A stretch of DNA of 64,000 nucleotides from a virus, in the IMG/VR virus record IMGVR_UViG_3300048999_000166, positions 58,430 through 122,429 of that record; one strand, 5' to 3'. The first letter of the stretch is position 1; each line of letters begins with the position of its first letter. The notes beneath the pieces were generated by a model, which was given only the letters and a program-made list of their open reading frames with translations, was not told where the DNA came from and did no database searches. A program made the translations under genes and the position numbers. Positions 33,021-41,363 of the stretch are shown here, one piece after another.

Positions 33021-33565
33021 GAGGTCTTCTCCATGCTCGGGTCGGGCACGGGCGTCAGCTCCTCCTCGCCGTCACCATCCCAGCCACGACACCACGGACA
33101 CCACGGGCGCAGCAGCCGGTGCTCACGCCAGGAGGCCAGGAAGAACACGGTCTCCAGCGGCCACACGATCTGGACGATGTAGAAGTCGGTGAACGCCACC
33201 ACCGCATCGACGCCCAGCAGCAGCGGGATGATGAACTTCCAGCTGACCGCCAGATGGAAGTACCAGAGCAGACGCCGCGGCCAGCCGGGCACCGTCGCCC
33301 GGACTGGTCCGTCGGCGGGCACCGCGCTCATGCACGGCAGGCACATGACGTTGCGTTCGTGGTAGAGCGCGCCCACGATCGAGGTGAAGACCAGCACCTG
33401 CGGGATCTGCGACCACCAGGTGAACGGCAGGATCTGGGTCGGATGCATCCCGTACCACCAGGCGTGCATGAACAGGTTGGTCACGCCCAGCCAGATCGCG
33501 GCGTGGGTGACTTTCGCGCTCATCCCGGACAGGTGGCGCTTGAACTCGCCGGAGCTGGTGGTCAT
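33017..33565 (-). CDS. Multi-TM protein with H..LC..C and CPWC motifs
   Basis: Four hydrophobic segments; coupled ORF. Confidence 0.65.
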   Translation of the reverse strand: MTTSSGEFKRHLSGMSAKVTHAAIWLGVTNLFMHAWWYGMHPTQILPFTWWSQIPQVLVFTSIVGALYHERNVMCLPCMSAVPADGPVRATVPGWPRRLLWYFHLAVSWKFIIPLLLGVDAVVAFTDFYIVQIVWPLETVFFLASWREHRLLRPWCPWCRGWDGDGEEELTPVPDPSMEKTS

Positions 33566-33870
33566 TCGAGCACGCCCTTCGCGCGCAGGTGTTTCACGAG
33601 CCTAGCGTGCTCGGCATCCAGGCGCGGGAACTCGCGCTCCAGCTCCTCGATCCGGGCGATGTCATCTCGACGGAGCCGCGCGTGACTGGACTTCAGGATG
33701 CGCACGGCGGTGAAGATCTGGTCGTTCGTAACGCCGTACGGCAGCCCGAGGATGGAGGCGAGCCCCTCTCGGAGATCGCGACCCGCATCAATCTTGGCGG
33801 TGATCATCTCGACCGCGCCCGCGATATCGATGTTGAGGTCAGGACGCCGCGGATCTCCGAGAGGGGACAT
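33562..33870 (-). CDS. Hypothetical coiled-coil protein
   Basis: Coupled ORF. Confidence 0.55.
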   Translation of the reverse strand: MSPLGDPRRPDLNIDIAGAVEMITAKIDAGRDLREGLASILGLPYGVTNDQIFTAVRILKSSHARLRRDDIARIEELEREFPRLDAEHARLVKHLRAKGVLE

Positions 33871-33872
33871 CG

Positions 33873-35357
33873 TCAGTTCCTCGCGGCGCTACGGCCGACT
33901 TCGAGCTGCGGGCGACGCAGCGTGAACGCCGGGTCACCGTCGTCGTCGAGCACTCGGAAGTCGTCGACCGTGTCGGTGATCGTGTCGCGCAGCACCCGAT
34001 CGAAGGTGGGCAGCGGCTCCGGGTCGGCGGCGTCCTTGTGGAGCTTGAGCTGGGCGTGCAGGCTCTTCGCCGCGTACACCAGGTCTTCGGTCTCCAGCCG
34101 GTAGCCCAGCTCCCCGCCGATCCGGTTGATGGCGAAGCTCCGTGCGCGGTCGGCGGTCGCCTTCACGAACGCCGGCAGGAACCTACCGGGCGCCTTCGGC
34201 TCGCACATCTGCTCGTGCACGGCGTCGAAGTCGATCTCACCCATCTTGTTGGGGTCGATCACCTTGCGCAGCAGCTCCTCGGTGGCCGGGGCATCGAGTT
34301 CCGCGATCTCGATGACGTAGTCCAACCGTCCCGGACGCAGCATGCCCGGCGGGATCCGCTGGATGAAGTTCGAGGAGAGCGCGACCATGATCTCGCCGCC
34401 ACCCTTGGCGGTGATGCCATCGAAGGCGTCCAGCATCTCGGAGATCTTGCGTGGGTTCGAGGAGCCGGACGTCTCAACGTCCACGTCCTCGATCCACACC
34501 ACGGCCGGAGCGTAGAGGCGCGCGGTCTGCAGCACGTCCTGCACGGAGTCGCGGCCTGGGCGAGCCATCACGAAGGTCCAGCCGTTGGCGACGGCTTCCT
34601 TGGCCAGCATCTGCCCGATGCTGGTCTTGCCGGTCCCGTAGGGGCCGTGGACCAGCACCGCCCGCTTCAGCGGGATCTTCTCCGCGCGGTAGGAGTGCGG
34701 GTAGCGCATCGCCGCGAACAGCGCGACGTCGAGCTGCGCCTTCACGTCCTGGGCGAAGACGATTTGGGACGGATCGAACGACTCCAACCCCTCGATGAAG
34801 TCGAGCCGGCTCGCGCCCGCGACAGCCTTGCCGCGGTAGATGGAGCCGTTCTTGAGCTGCTCGGAGACATCGGCGAAGAAGGCCTGGACCTCCTTCTCGT
34901 AGCGCTTCTTGGCCTCGACCTTGATGGCGAATACCTCACCCAGGTCACGGTCGTTGGTGCCGGTCAGGTAGACCTCGGCGTTGTCGAGCACCGGGATGCT
35001 CATCAACCCCCACGGGGCCTGCACGGTCTTACCGTTCGGTCCGATCGGGACTTCCAGCACCTGCGGAGGCTGCGGCCCGAACATGGTCATCATGTCCTTG
35101 CCCATGGTGATCCCGTAGCGGGACTTGAGCACCACGGCGGTGGCCACCGCTCCGTCGTAGCAGCGGTATTTGAAGATCTTGGTGAAGTTCGAGACGCGGG
35201 ACTCTTCCTCGCGCTTCGCCTCGAAAATCTTGATGGCCTTGGAGTAGGTCATCTCGCGGGGGAGCGTAAACAACTGCAGTTCGTCAGTGCGGAACTCGAT
35301 CTCATCACCAGTGATGATGTCGTCCTTGTCGATCGAGTCAGCGGCAATGCGGGCCAT
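33873..35357 (-). CDS. AAA+ ATPase (classical AAA clade, single ring, no protease domain)
   Basis: Walker A GPYGTGKT, Walker B WIEDVD, SRH RPGRLD; RBS AAAGGA. Confidence 0.93.
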   Translation of the reverse strand: MARIAADSIDKDDIITGDEIEFRTDELQLFTLPREMTYSKAIKIFEAKREEESRVSNFTKIFKYRCYDGAVATAVVLKSRYGITMGKDMMTMFGPQPPQVLEVPIGPNGKTVQAPWGLMSIPVLDNAEVYLTGTNDRDLGEVFAIKVEAKKRYEKEVQAFFADVSEQLKNGSIYRGKAVAGASRLDFIEGLESFDPSQIVFAQDVKAQLDVALFAAMRYPHSYRAEKIPLKRAVLVHGPYGTGKTSIGQMLAKEAVANGWTFVMARPGRDSVQDVLQTARLYAPAVVWIEDVDVETSGSSNPRKISEMLDAFDGITAKGGGEIMVALSSNFIQRIPPGMLRPGRLDYVIEIAELDAPATEELLRKVIDPNKMGEIDFDAVHEQMCEPKAPGRFLPAFVKATADRARSFAINRIGGELGYRLETEDLVYAAKSLHAQLKLHKDAADPEPLPTFDRVLRDTITDTVDDFRVLDDDGDPAFTLRRPQLEVGRSAARN

Positions 35358-35457
35358 GCGTCAATTCCTTTGATTGAGTGATGGGGGAAGCGCGGTAATG
35401 CAAGGCTCGGGGGACGCGCGGGCGGATGAATGATCCTTTTCGTTGGCTGGGGCTAGA

Positions 35458-35510
35458 GGCACGGAGCGGGAATAGTGGAACGTCCGATCCCCGTATTCCC
35501 ACTCCGTGCC
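35458..35510 (-). terminator. 17-bp hairpin downstream of the His-rich secreted protein
   Basis: GGCACGGAG-TGGGAATA...TATTCCCG-CTCCGTGCC. Confidence 0.5.
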
Positions 35511-35524
35511 CGAGGGAGGTTACC

Positions 35525-35872
35525 TCAGTGCTTGGTGTCCTTATGCACCGGCCCCTTGTGAATGGGGCCGTGGGACACCGGGTGGTGACGAATGGGGCCG
35601 TGGAAGATCGGGTGCCCCCGGTGGATAGGACGCGGGTGGAAGGCGGGCTTGCACACGAAGTGCCAGCGTCCGCCCCAGAAGCGCCAACAGCGATCGCCGC
35701 GATGGTCGCCACGGCGATCAGCAACGAACGCGACCGTGGTCACCGAGGTGGCCACCGGCGCGGACGTCGGGGTGGAGGCCTGCGCCACCGGAGCGGTGAG
35801 CACGGCGGCGAGCGCCATCGCGGACACCACACCGCCCAGCGCCAGGCCGCGAGACTTCAGATGAGAGAGCAC
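35525..35872 (-). CDS. Secreted protein with His/Pro-rich (HGPI-like) repeats
   Basis: RBS AAGGAG, signal peptide ending AQA, repeats HRGHPIFHGPIRHHPVSHGPIHKGPVHK. Confidence 0.65.
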   Translation of the reverse strand: MLSHLKSRGLALGGVVSAMALAAVLTAPVAQASTPTSAPVATSVTTVAFVADRRGDHRGDRCWRFWGGRWHFVCKPAFHPRPIHRGHPIFHGPIRHHPVSHGPIHKGPVHKDTKH

Positions 35873-35988
35873 TACGTTCTCCTTGCTGGATGTCGTGCTG
35901 AGTGAGTATTGCACGAGTTGGGGGAGTTTTGCCACCGGGGGGTCCGGGTGCCATCTACGTCGCTCAAGAGCGCCTCGGCGTTACCGGG

Positions 35989-36027
35989 ACTACTTCAAAC
36001 TGTCCAGACTGGGCAGCTTGAAGTAGT
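35989..36027. promoter_or_regulatory. 39-bp imperfect palindrome (operator/parS-like site), copy 1
   Basis: ACTACTTCAA-ACTGTCCAGACTGGGCAGC-TTGAAGTAGT; its reverse complement matches 54802-54840 at 34/39. Confidence 0.65.
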
Positions 36028-36042
36028 TCACACCGAGAGGCG

Positions 36043-36076
36043 CGGAATTTGGTGCAGGTACGCACCAAATTCCGCA
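36043..36076 (-). terminator. 14-bp hairpin after the STAS gene
   Basis: GCGGAATTTGGTGC/GCACCAAATTCCGC perfect stem. Confidence 0.6.
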
Positions 36077-36077
36077 C

Positions 36078-36455
36078 TCATCCAGCGTCGACACCGTGGT
36101 TCTCCCGTACCCGTTGGTAGATCTTGAACAGATCAGTGAGGGGCTGAGCGGTGATGTCGCCGGGCAGCGGCACCAGGGTGGACTCGGTGAGCAGCAGTCC
36201 CTCTCGGACACTCAACATCGAAGAGGCGTACGACAACAGCTCCGACAGTCCGGGGTCGAGATCGTAGGCGTCCACCAGATCGACCAGGAGATCGGTGATA
36301 CCTGAATCGAGCAGGGTCTCCACCTGGGAGCGCAACTGGTGCATGGAGTGAACGTCCAGTCGTCCGGAGACCTGAATATTCGCCCGTCTATCGTCGATAA
36401 ACACCGTTATAGCCGCCACGTCTTTCACTCTCCAATCGAGTAGGACGGCGGCCAC
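36078..36455 (-). CDS. STAS-domain (anti-anti-sigma-like) protein
   Basis: IQVSGRLD......LR..V..LL..G...LLVDL....D.D..G pattern; lower GC3. Confidence 0.7.
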   Translation of the reverse strand: MAAVLLDWRVKDVAAITVFIDDRRANIQVSGRLDVHSMHQLRSQVETLLDSGITDLLVDLVDAYDLDPGLSELLSYASSMLSVREGLLLTESTLVPLPGDITAQPLTDLFKIYQRVRENHGVDAG

Positions 36456-36515
36456 CGGTTGGCTCGCCGCCAGGGTCTAGGGCGGTTCGTCAAGGGTTCC
36501 CGGGATTTGCCCGGG

Positions 36516-36761
36516 TCAGGTCTCCGCGGTGTTGATCGGCGCCTCCCCACCGGATTGTTCCGGCGCTAGGTGCCGGATCCATAGCTCTACCGAGCAGGGA
36601 GAGGTCTTACCGCAGTCGCGGCATAGCCCATCCTTGGCGGCGCGATGCTGTTTTCGAGCCCGGGGTAAACATTCCGGGAACAACCGGAAAAAGTGCACGA
36701 TAAAATCCGGCACCCGCTCCGGGTGTGCTCGCTCCGGTTGTGTGTCCATCAGATCGGTCAC
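36516..36761 (-). CDS. Hypothetical protein with H..CxxC...PC motif
   Basis: 81 aa, lower GC. Confidence 0.45.
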   Translation of the reverse strand: MTDLMDTQPERAHPERVPDFIVHFFRLFPECLPRARKQHRAAKDGLCRDCGKTSPCSVELWIRHLAPEQSGGEAPINTAET

Positions 36762-36844
36762 AATTCACCACGGAGCTGACAGGTATTCTGTCTCGGCATT
36801 GCTGCGTGTCACTTCCTCCAGTAAAATGTTCTCCGCTTTACTAC

Positions 36845-37321
36845 CTACCGTCCGAGGATTCCTTCGCAGGCCTCTCGGAAGAACTGTCGGATATGCCAGA
36901 GCCAGCCAGCCTTGACGCACGGAGGCCAGTATCCCCCCATCTCCAGGTTGGCCTTGCGCACGAACGCCCGCTCGTCGGTGACCAGCGCCAGGAACTGCCC
37001 GAGCATCAGATCCTCATCGGGGATCGGGCGGCGAGCCCCGTTGGGCCACTGATCGGGCGCCGCGCAGAGCGACCCGCGAGTTCGTCCGGCGCTGTTGAGC
37101 CACGCGACGTTGAAGATGTGTCCTCGGGAGATCCGGTAACGAGTCCCCCGCGAGCCGGTCAGCTCGAAGTACCCGAGCCGCGCATAGTCCTCGCGCTGCG
37201 CGTCGTCGAGCATCCGCATCAGCAGGGCGAGCGCGTTGCCCTGCGGGGTGCCGGGGTAGGCGTGCATCCACCATCGGCGGTGTTCGTCGCGCACATACTC
37301 GTCGAGGGAGAAGCTCACCAC
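36845..37321 (-). CDS. Conserved-Cys domain protein (paralog 2, essentially domain only)
   Basis: GSRGTRYRI, NV.WL, GSLCAAP, IP.ED..LGQFL.L.TDE..F...AN. Confidence 0.8.
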   Translation of the reverse strand: MVSFSLDEYVRDEHRRWWMHAYPGTPQGNALALLMRMLDDAQREDYARLGYFELTGSRGTRYRISRGHIFNVAWLNSAGRTRGSLCAAPDQWPNGARRPIPDEDLMLGQFLALVTDERAFVRKANLEMGGYWPPCVKAGWLWHIRQFFREACEGILGR

Positions 37322-38217
37322 GGCCCCCCGATGCGGCCGATCCGGTTGAACTGGTAATACCGGCCACCGGGATACGGGATGCCCGCGTAGTTGTCAGGTC
37401 GGCGCACCATGGTCGCCACCAGCTCCTTGCACACCGCGCAGTCGCACGGGGCGACATCGGTCAGCCGCCCCTCCGCGGCCATGCGACGAGCGTAGGCGGC
37501 GTGCTTGGGGTGGTGCGTCGGGTAGTTGCCCGAGAACAGGTTCGCACTATCGAGGAAGGAGTCCTCGTCGGTGATCAGCTGCAGCATCTGCCCGAGGAAC
37601 TGGTCCTCCACCGGCAGGTAGCGCCCATCGGGGGTGTAGCCCTTCGGATAGGCGCAGTACCTGCCGGCATCGATGCGGGAGCTGCCGCCAAGAGCAACGG
37701 ACCTGCGCCAGAGGACGTTGCCGCTCGCGTTGCCGTCGGTCTTGATCCGGTAGAGCGTGCCCTTCGAGCCGACCACCTCGAAGTACTTCCAGTCCCGGTA
37801 GGTCTTGCGCTGGTCCTCGTTCAGGAAGCTCCTCAAGGTCTCCTGGGCCTTCGCCTGGGCGGCGGAGCTATCCTCCGTGATCCGCGCCCGCGCCTGCATA
37901 GGCGCACCACCGATACGGACATCGACCCAGCCGTTGTCCAGCCCGACGAGTCCAGCCCGCAGTCGATCTATCTCTCGGGTGAAGGCCTCCAGGGCATTGA
38001 CGGCCGGGTAGTTGTCGAACCGAATCTCGACGCGCGCTCCGTCGACGAGAGCGTGCTCGGCCGTGCCGGTCACCGTGTCGTTGTCGTTGAGCCGCAGCCC
38101 AAGCGCGACCAACCGGGTATCGCGCGCCCGCTTCCTGGCGGCGGTCTGGCGGGCTAGCTCCCGAGCACGTTCCCGATCTCGTTGCCGCTGCTGCCCCATC
38201 CCGAACATCGCGCTCAC
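37315..38217 (-). CDS. Conserved-Cys domain protein (paralog 3)
   Basis: GSKGTLYRI, GNV, GRYCAYP, LP.ED..LGQML.L.TDE..F...AN; GTGA-coupled to paralog 4. Confidence 0.8.
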   Translation of the reverse strand: MSAMFGMGQQRQRDRERARELARQTAARKRARDTRLVALGLRLNDNDTVTGTAEHALVDGARVEIRFDNYPAVNALEAFTREIDRLRAGLVGLDNGWVDVRIGGAPMQARARITEDSSAAQAKAQETLRSFLNEDQRKTYRDWKYFEVVGSKGTLYRIKTDGNASGNVLWRRSVALGGSSRIDAGRYCAYPKGYTPDGRYLPVEDQFLGQMLQLITDEDSFLDSANLFSGNYPTHHPKHAAYARRMAAEGRLTDVAPCDCAVCKELVATMVRRPDNYAGIPYPGGRYYQFNRIGRIGGPW

Positions 38218-39116
38218 CACCGTGCCGAGTACTTGCGCTTGTGCAGCGGGTGCACCTCGCCATCGAGGTGGTGTGCGATCCCCATCCAGCGCCCCTCGTC
38301 GGTCACGATCTCCAGCATCTGGGCGAGGATGTGATCGGCCAGCGGGAGGTTGCGTGCGGCGAGAGTGTTGTAGGTGTCGGAGTGCGCGCAGAGCTGTCCG
38401 CGCTTCTTGTCGTCCTTGTCCAGCCACCACACGTTGCCCGAGGGGGAGCCGTAGGTCTTCGCGCCGAACACCCGGAAGCGGGTACCCAGCGAGCCGGTGA
38501 TCACGAACCAGTCGTTGACGTCCAGCGAGGTGCGCTGCTCCTCGGTCAGGTAGCGGCGCAGCGTCGCCCAGGCGGTCTTGTCGGCCTTCGTGACCGCCTC
38601 TCGGCGCTCGCGCTGGTGGTGTTCGCGCAGTGCATCCTCGCGGTCGCGCTCGGCCTTCCAGGCGTTGAAGCGACGGGTAGCCCAGCCGCGCTGGGCGGGC
38701 GTCGCGGACGGGCGGGGGAGGCTGATCTTGACCATCGTGTAGCTCTGGCGGTCGTAGCGGTCGACGTCATCACCGCGGGAGACGCCGTGCTCGACGGAGT
38801 CGACGTCGCCGCGGATCGCGGCGCGCAGGTCGTCCGCGGTGATGATGTAGCCGGGGGCGGCGGTGGAGAACCGGAAGCAGAAACGGCGTACTTCTTGGCC
38901 GTCCTCCTCCGCGAACAGCAGATCCCCGATCGGGTTCATGTACGCGGAACGGATGTCGGGCGAGCAGAGCACGAACTTCAGGTCTTCCCGAATGGTCATG
39001 CGGCCGATGACCGCTTCGGGGTCGTAGGCCAAGGGTGGGTGGGGAGCGGCCGACGGGCCCGTGGCATCCACGGGCCCGTCGGTTCCGTCCGCTCCCCCCG
39101 AAGGAGGTTCGGTCAT
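38214..39116 (-). CDS. Conserved-Cys domain protein (paralog 4)
   Basis: GSLGTRFRV, GNVWWL, GQLCAHS, LP.AD..LAQML...TDE. Confidence 0.8.
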   Translation of the reverse strand: MTEPPSGGADGTDGPVDATGPSAAPHPPLAYDPEAVIGRMTIREDLKFVLCSPDIRSAYMNPIGDLLFAEEDGQEVRRFCFRFSTAAPGYIITADDLRAAIRGDVDSVEHGVSRGDDVDRYDRQSYTMVKISLPRPSATPAQRGWATRRFNAWKAERDREDALREHHQRERREAVTKADKTAWATLRRYLTEEQRTSLDVNDWFVITGSLGTRFRVFGAKTYGSPSGNVWWLDKDDKKRGQLCAHSDTYNTLAARNLPLADHILAQMLEIVTDEGRWMGIAHHLDGEVHPLHKRKYSARW

Positions 39117-39149
39117 CGTGCTACTCTCTGTTGTTAGGTAAGGCTACGC

Positions 39150-39464
39150 TCAGCCGCCCACGGTCTGGGGGACCATGATGACGGCCGCGGCGGTGCTCGC
39201 CTCATCCCAGCTGCGGGTGATGACCGCGTCGTTACCGGTGTCGGTCTCGCTCGCGGTCATGTGGGCCCGGTAGCCCAGCGCCAGCATCTCCTTGAACTTC
39301 GCCTCGGCCAGCGCGAGGTCGTGAGCGACCACCGCGTCGGCGACGCGACCGGCGTCGGAGCGCCCGTCGGCGAACGCCTCGTCCACCGCGGCGATCAGCT
39401 CGGGGCTGGCCTCCCAGGTGAGAGTGGTGTCTCCGGTCGAGTCCAGCACGTGCAGAGTTGCCAT
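39150..39464 (-). CDS. Small ubiquitin-like (beta-grasp candidate) protein B ending in VGG
   Basis: RBS AGGAG; TLHVLDSTGDTTLTW...A...F..M...GY.A...VIMVPQTVGG-stop; paralog of 14237-14464 with an insertion. Confidence 0.7.
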   Translation of the reverse strand: MATLHVLDSTGDTTLTWEASPELIAAVDEAFADGRSDAGRVADAVVAHDLALAEAKFKEMLALGYRAHMTASETDTGNDAVITRSWDEASTAAAVIMVPQTVGG

Positions 39465-39538
39465 GGTCAGTCTTCTCCTGTGATTGGGTTTACGGGGAAG
39501 CCACCGCGCTGGGTCGCACGGCGCGATTAGTTACTCGA

Positions 39539-39679
39539 CTTTGAGCAACTAGGAAGGGACCGAGGTCGAGGGAGTCAGCCTCTCGCCTCCGCACGGACGG
39601 TTGACAACGTCGCCCGCGTTAAATCCGGTAGACCGCGCGCCTATTGCCGCGCCTCGGCCCACTTCCTAGTTGCTCAAAG
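39539..39679 (-). ncRNA. 141-nt element bounded by an 18-bp perfect inverted repeat (candidate ncRNA/leader)
   Basis: CTTTGAGCAACTAGGAAG (39539-39556) / CTTCCTAGTTGCTCAAAG (39662-39679), extendable by about 9 bp with a G.U on the minus strand. Confidence 0.5.
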
Positions 39680-39833
39680 GACAGCGTTAATTCCAGCGGA
39701 TAAGGGAGGGCCAGAGGCGGAATCAACACACGTCGACAAAGCGCACATGGCCCTGCCCGGTGGTTGGCGCTCTGGCCCTCCCGTATCCGCTGGACAAAAC
39801 ACTCAGGGGCTGATGATGCTAGCGCGAGAATCG

Positions 39834-40232
39834 CTAACTAGCGGAGTGCAATTGGGTGACATTGTCGTCCGCCGCGGACGCGCGCACCCGACCCTCGGTC
39901 AGCGCCTTCTCGAAGTCCTCGTTGTACGCGCCGGCCGCGAAGTCCGCCTGGACGAGTCCGCTGCGCGGCACCAGATAGCCGGGCTCGTAGTGGCGGCGGC
40001 GCCCGTAGTCGAGCCGGTGACCGCTGTTGTCGATCAGGAAGGAGCGGGTGGCCGCGCAGCGCGGGCAGACCTCGGTACGCTCCCGCACCCCGGCGGAGAC
40101 GATCGTGTAGATCGCTCGCGGTGACCAGGAGTGGCGGTTCGTGCGACAGTCCCGGAAGGGCTTCGGGTACATGCCGAGGATCTCGCCCTGCGATTTACCT
40201 CGGTAACTAAGCCTGCGGTTACGTACTGCCAT
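39834..40232 (-). CDS. Conserved actinophage hypothetical protein
   Basis: CR...H.W, C.RC...R, Y..GY pattern; CCCAGCC-ATG start. Confidence 0.7.
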   Translation of the reverse strand: MAVRNRRLSYRGKSQGEILGMYPKPFRDCRTNRHSWSPRAIYTIVSAGVRERTEVCPRCAATRSFLIDNSGHRLDYGRRRHYEPGYLVPRSGLVQADFAAGAYNEDFEKALTEGRVRASAADDNVTQLHSAS

Positions 40233-40389
40233 GGCTGGGGACCTCGCTTAGTCAGGGAACGTGGGACCGCCGAACCGAGGTGCTGAGTAGCAGTGTCAGC
40301 CCGGCGGTGAGAGCAACCATAGTGCGTTTTGGGGGGAATGCAAGTAGTGATGTTTGCGCACGTCTCGCACACCTGTCACGATACGTGGC

Positions 40390-40659
40390 ATGAGGCCGAG
40401 ACAACCACAAGATCCAGACTGGGTGACCACCGGCCCCGCAGCTGAGGCTCTCGGTGTGCACCCCAACACGCTGACCCGTTGGTACCGGGAAGGTCTGGTC
40501 ATCCCCGCGGCCACGACCGCCCGCGGTCAGACGCGCTGGAACATTCCCGATCTTCAGCGGCAAATTAATACACTCAATGCCCGTCGAGCGCGCGCGAAAA
40601 GCGGCGAACAAGACGATGAGTCCCCACCCGAAGAAGCCCCGATAGAGGCGGTGGGGTAA
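40390..40659 (+). CDS. MerR-type/excisionase-like HTH protein
   Basis: TTGPAAEALGVHPNTLTRWYREG.V......GQ.RW. Confidence 0.85.
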   Translation: MRPRQPQDPDWVTTGPAAEALGVHPNTLTRWYREGLVIPAATTARGQTRWNIPDLQRQINTLNARRARAKSGEQDDESPPEEAPIEAVG

Positions 40660-40679
40660 CTTGCGCGCCAGCCCCACAT

Positions 40680-40720
40680 ACAAGTAGCGGGCCGTCCCAT
40701 GGGAACGACCCGCTACTTGT
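40680..40720 (+). terminator. Hairpin after the MerR-type gene
   Basis: ACAAGTAGCGGG/CCCGCTACTTGT 12-bp stem. Confidence 0.6.
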
Positions 40721-40924
40721 TAGGTGCCCCAGCCATGAAGCAACCAAAGGATCCGCATCGAGAAAGTGAACCTCGACCAGCGGGCAGCAGCCCCAGACCA
40801 TGACGAAGAGGGCCGCTGACATCACTGTAACCCGGCGTTCACCCCACGCGCCAGGCACTCGTCCGAAACGTGACCCGTATCGCGGACGGTCGTTGACCAC
40901 AGTGACTCAACTCCAACCCCGAGG

Positions 40925-41191
40925 ATGTGCTCCCCCGTGCAAGATCAGACCACTCTTTTCCAGCTCCCCATGCTCACCCTGGACATCACTAACAGCTGGG
41001 AGTTCACCGACCCGTACGGGGTCGTCGAGGACCCGCAGAAGAACACCACCATCGAGTGGCTACGCGAGTGCCCGCACGCGGAGACCGAGTGCGCCGCCAA
41101 CGAGTGCCGCGACTGCGGCACCCCGATCGGGTGGGCGCTGGTCAGCGAGTTCCTGGCCCGCGAGCGTGGACGTGCTGATGAAGGTGAGTAA
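40925..41191 (+). CDS. Hypothetical Zn-finger-like protein
   Basis: CPH...C..ECxxC. Confidence 0.55.
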   Translation: MCSPVQDQTTLFQLPMLTLDITNSWEFTDPYGVVEDPQKNTTIEWLRECPHAETECAANECRDCGTPIGWALVSEFLARERGRADEGE

Positions 41192-41363
41192 GCTAGAGGG
41201 CGTTCTGTACGTTTTGCACTTCTTCCAGTGGGTGGGCGTCGCCATCTGCCTGCCGCTGCTGCTCTTCTTGCTCTACGCCCTAGCCATCCACCTGCGTCGC
41301 AGCCGCACCAAAGACAAGGCAAACCATGACCCCGCCGGAATCGACCGACCGCCACGACCATGA
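41178..41363 (+). CDS. Single-pass membrane protein
   Basis: TM segment. Confidence 0.45.
   Translation: MKVSKLEGVLYVLHFFQWVGVAICLPLLLFLLYALAIHLRRSRTKDKANHDPAGIDRPPRP

Noticed and set aside
30741-35357. vWA + AAA as a MoxR-vWA chaperone pair
   Set aside because: The ATPase has classical-clade motifs (RPGRLD), not MoxR motifs, and the genes are 2.5 kb apart
40390-40659. MerR/excisionase-like gene as evidence of an integrated prophage boundary
   Set aside because: No integrase, att-like tRNA duplication or host housekeeping genes in the window
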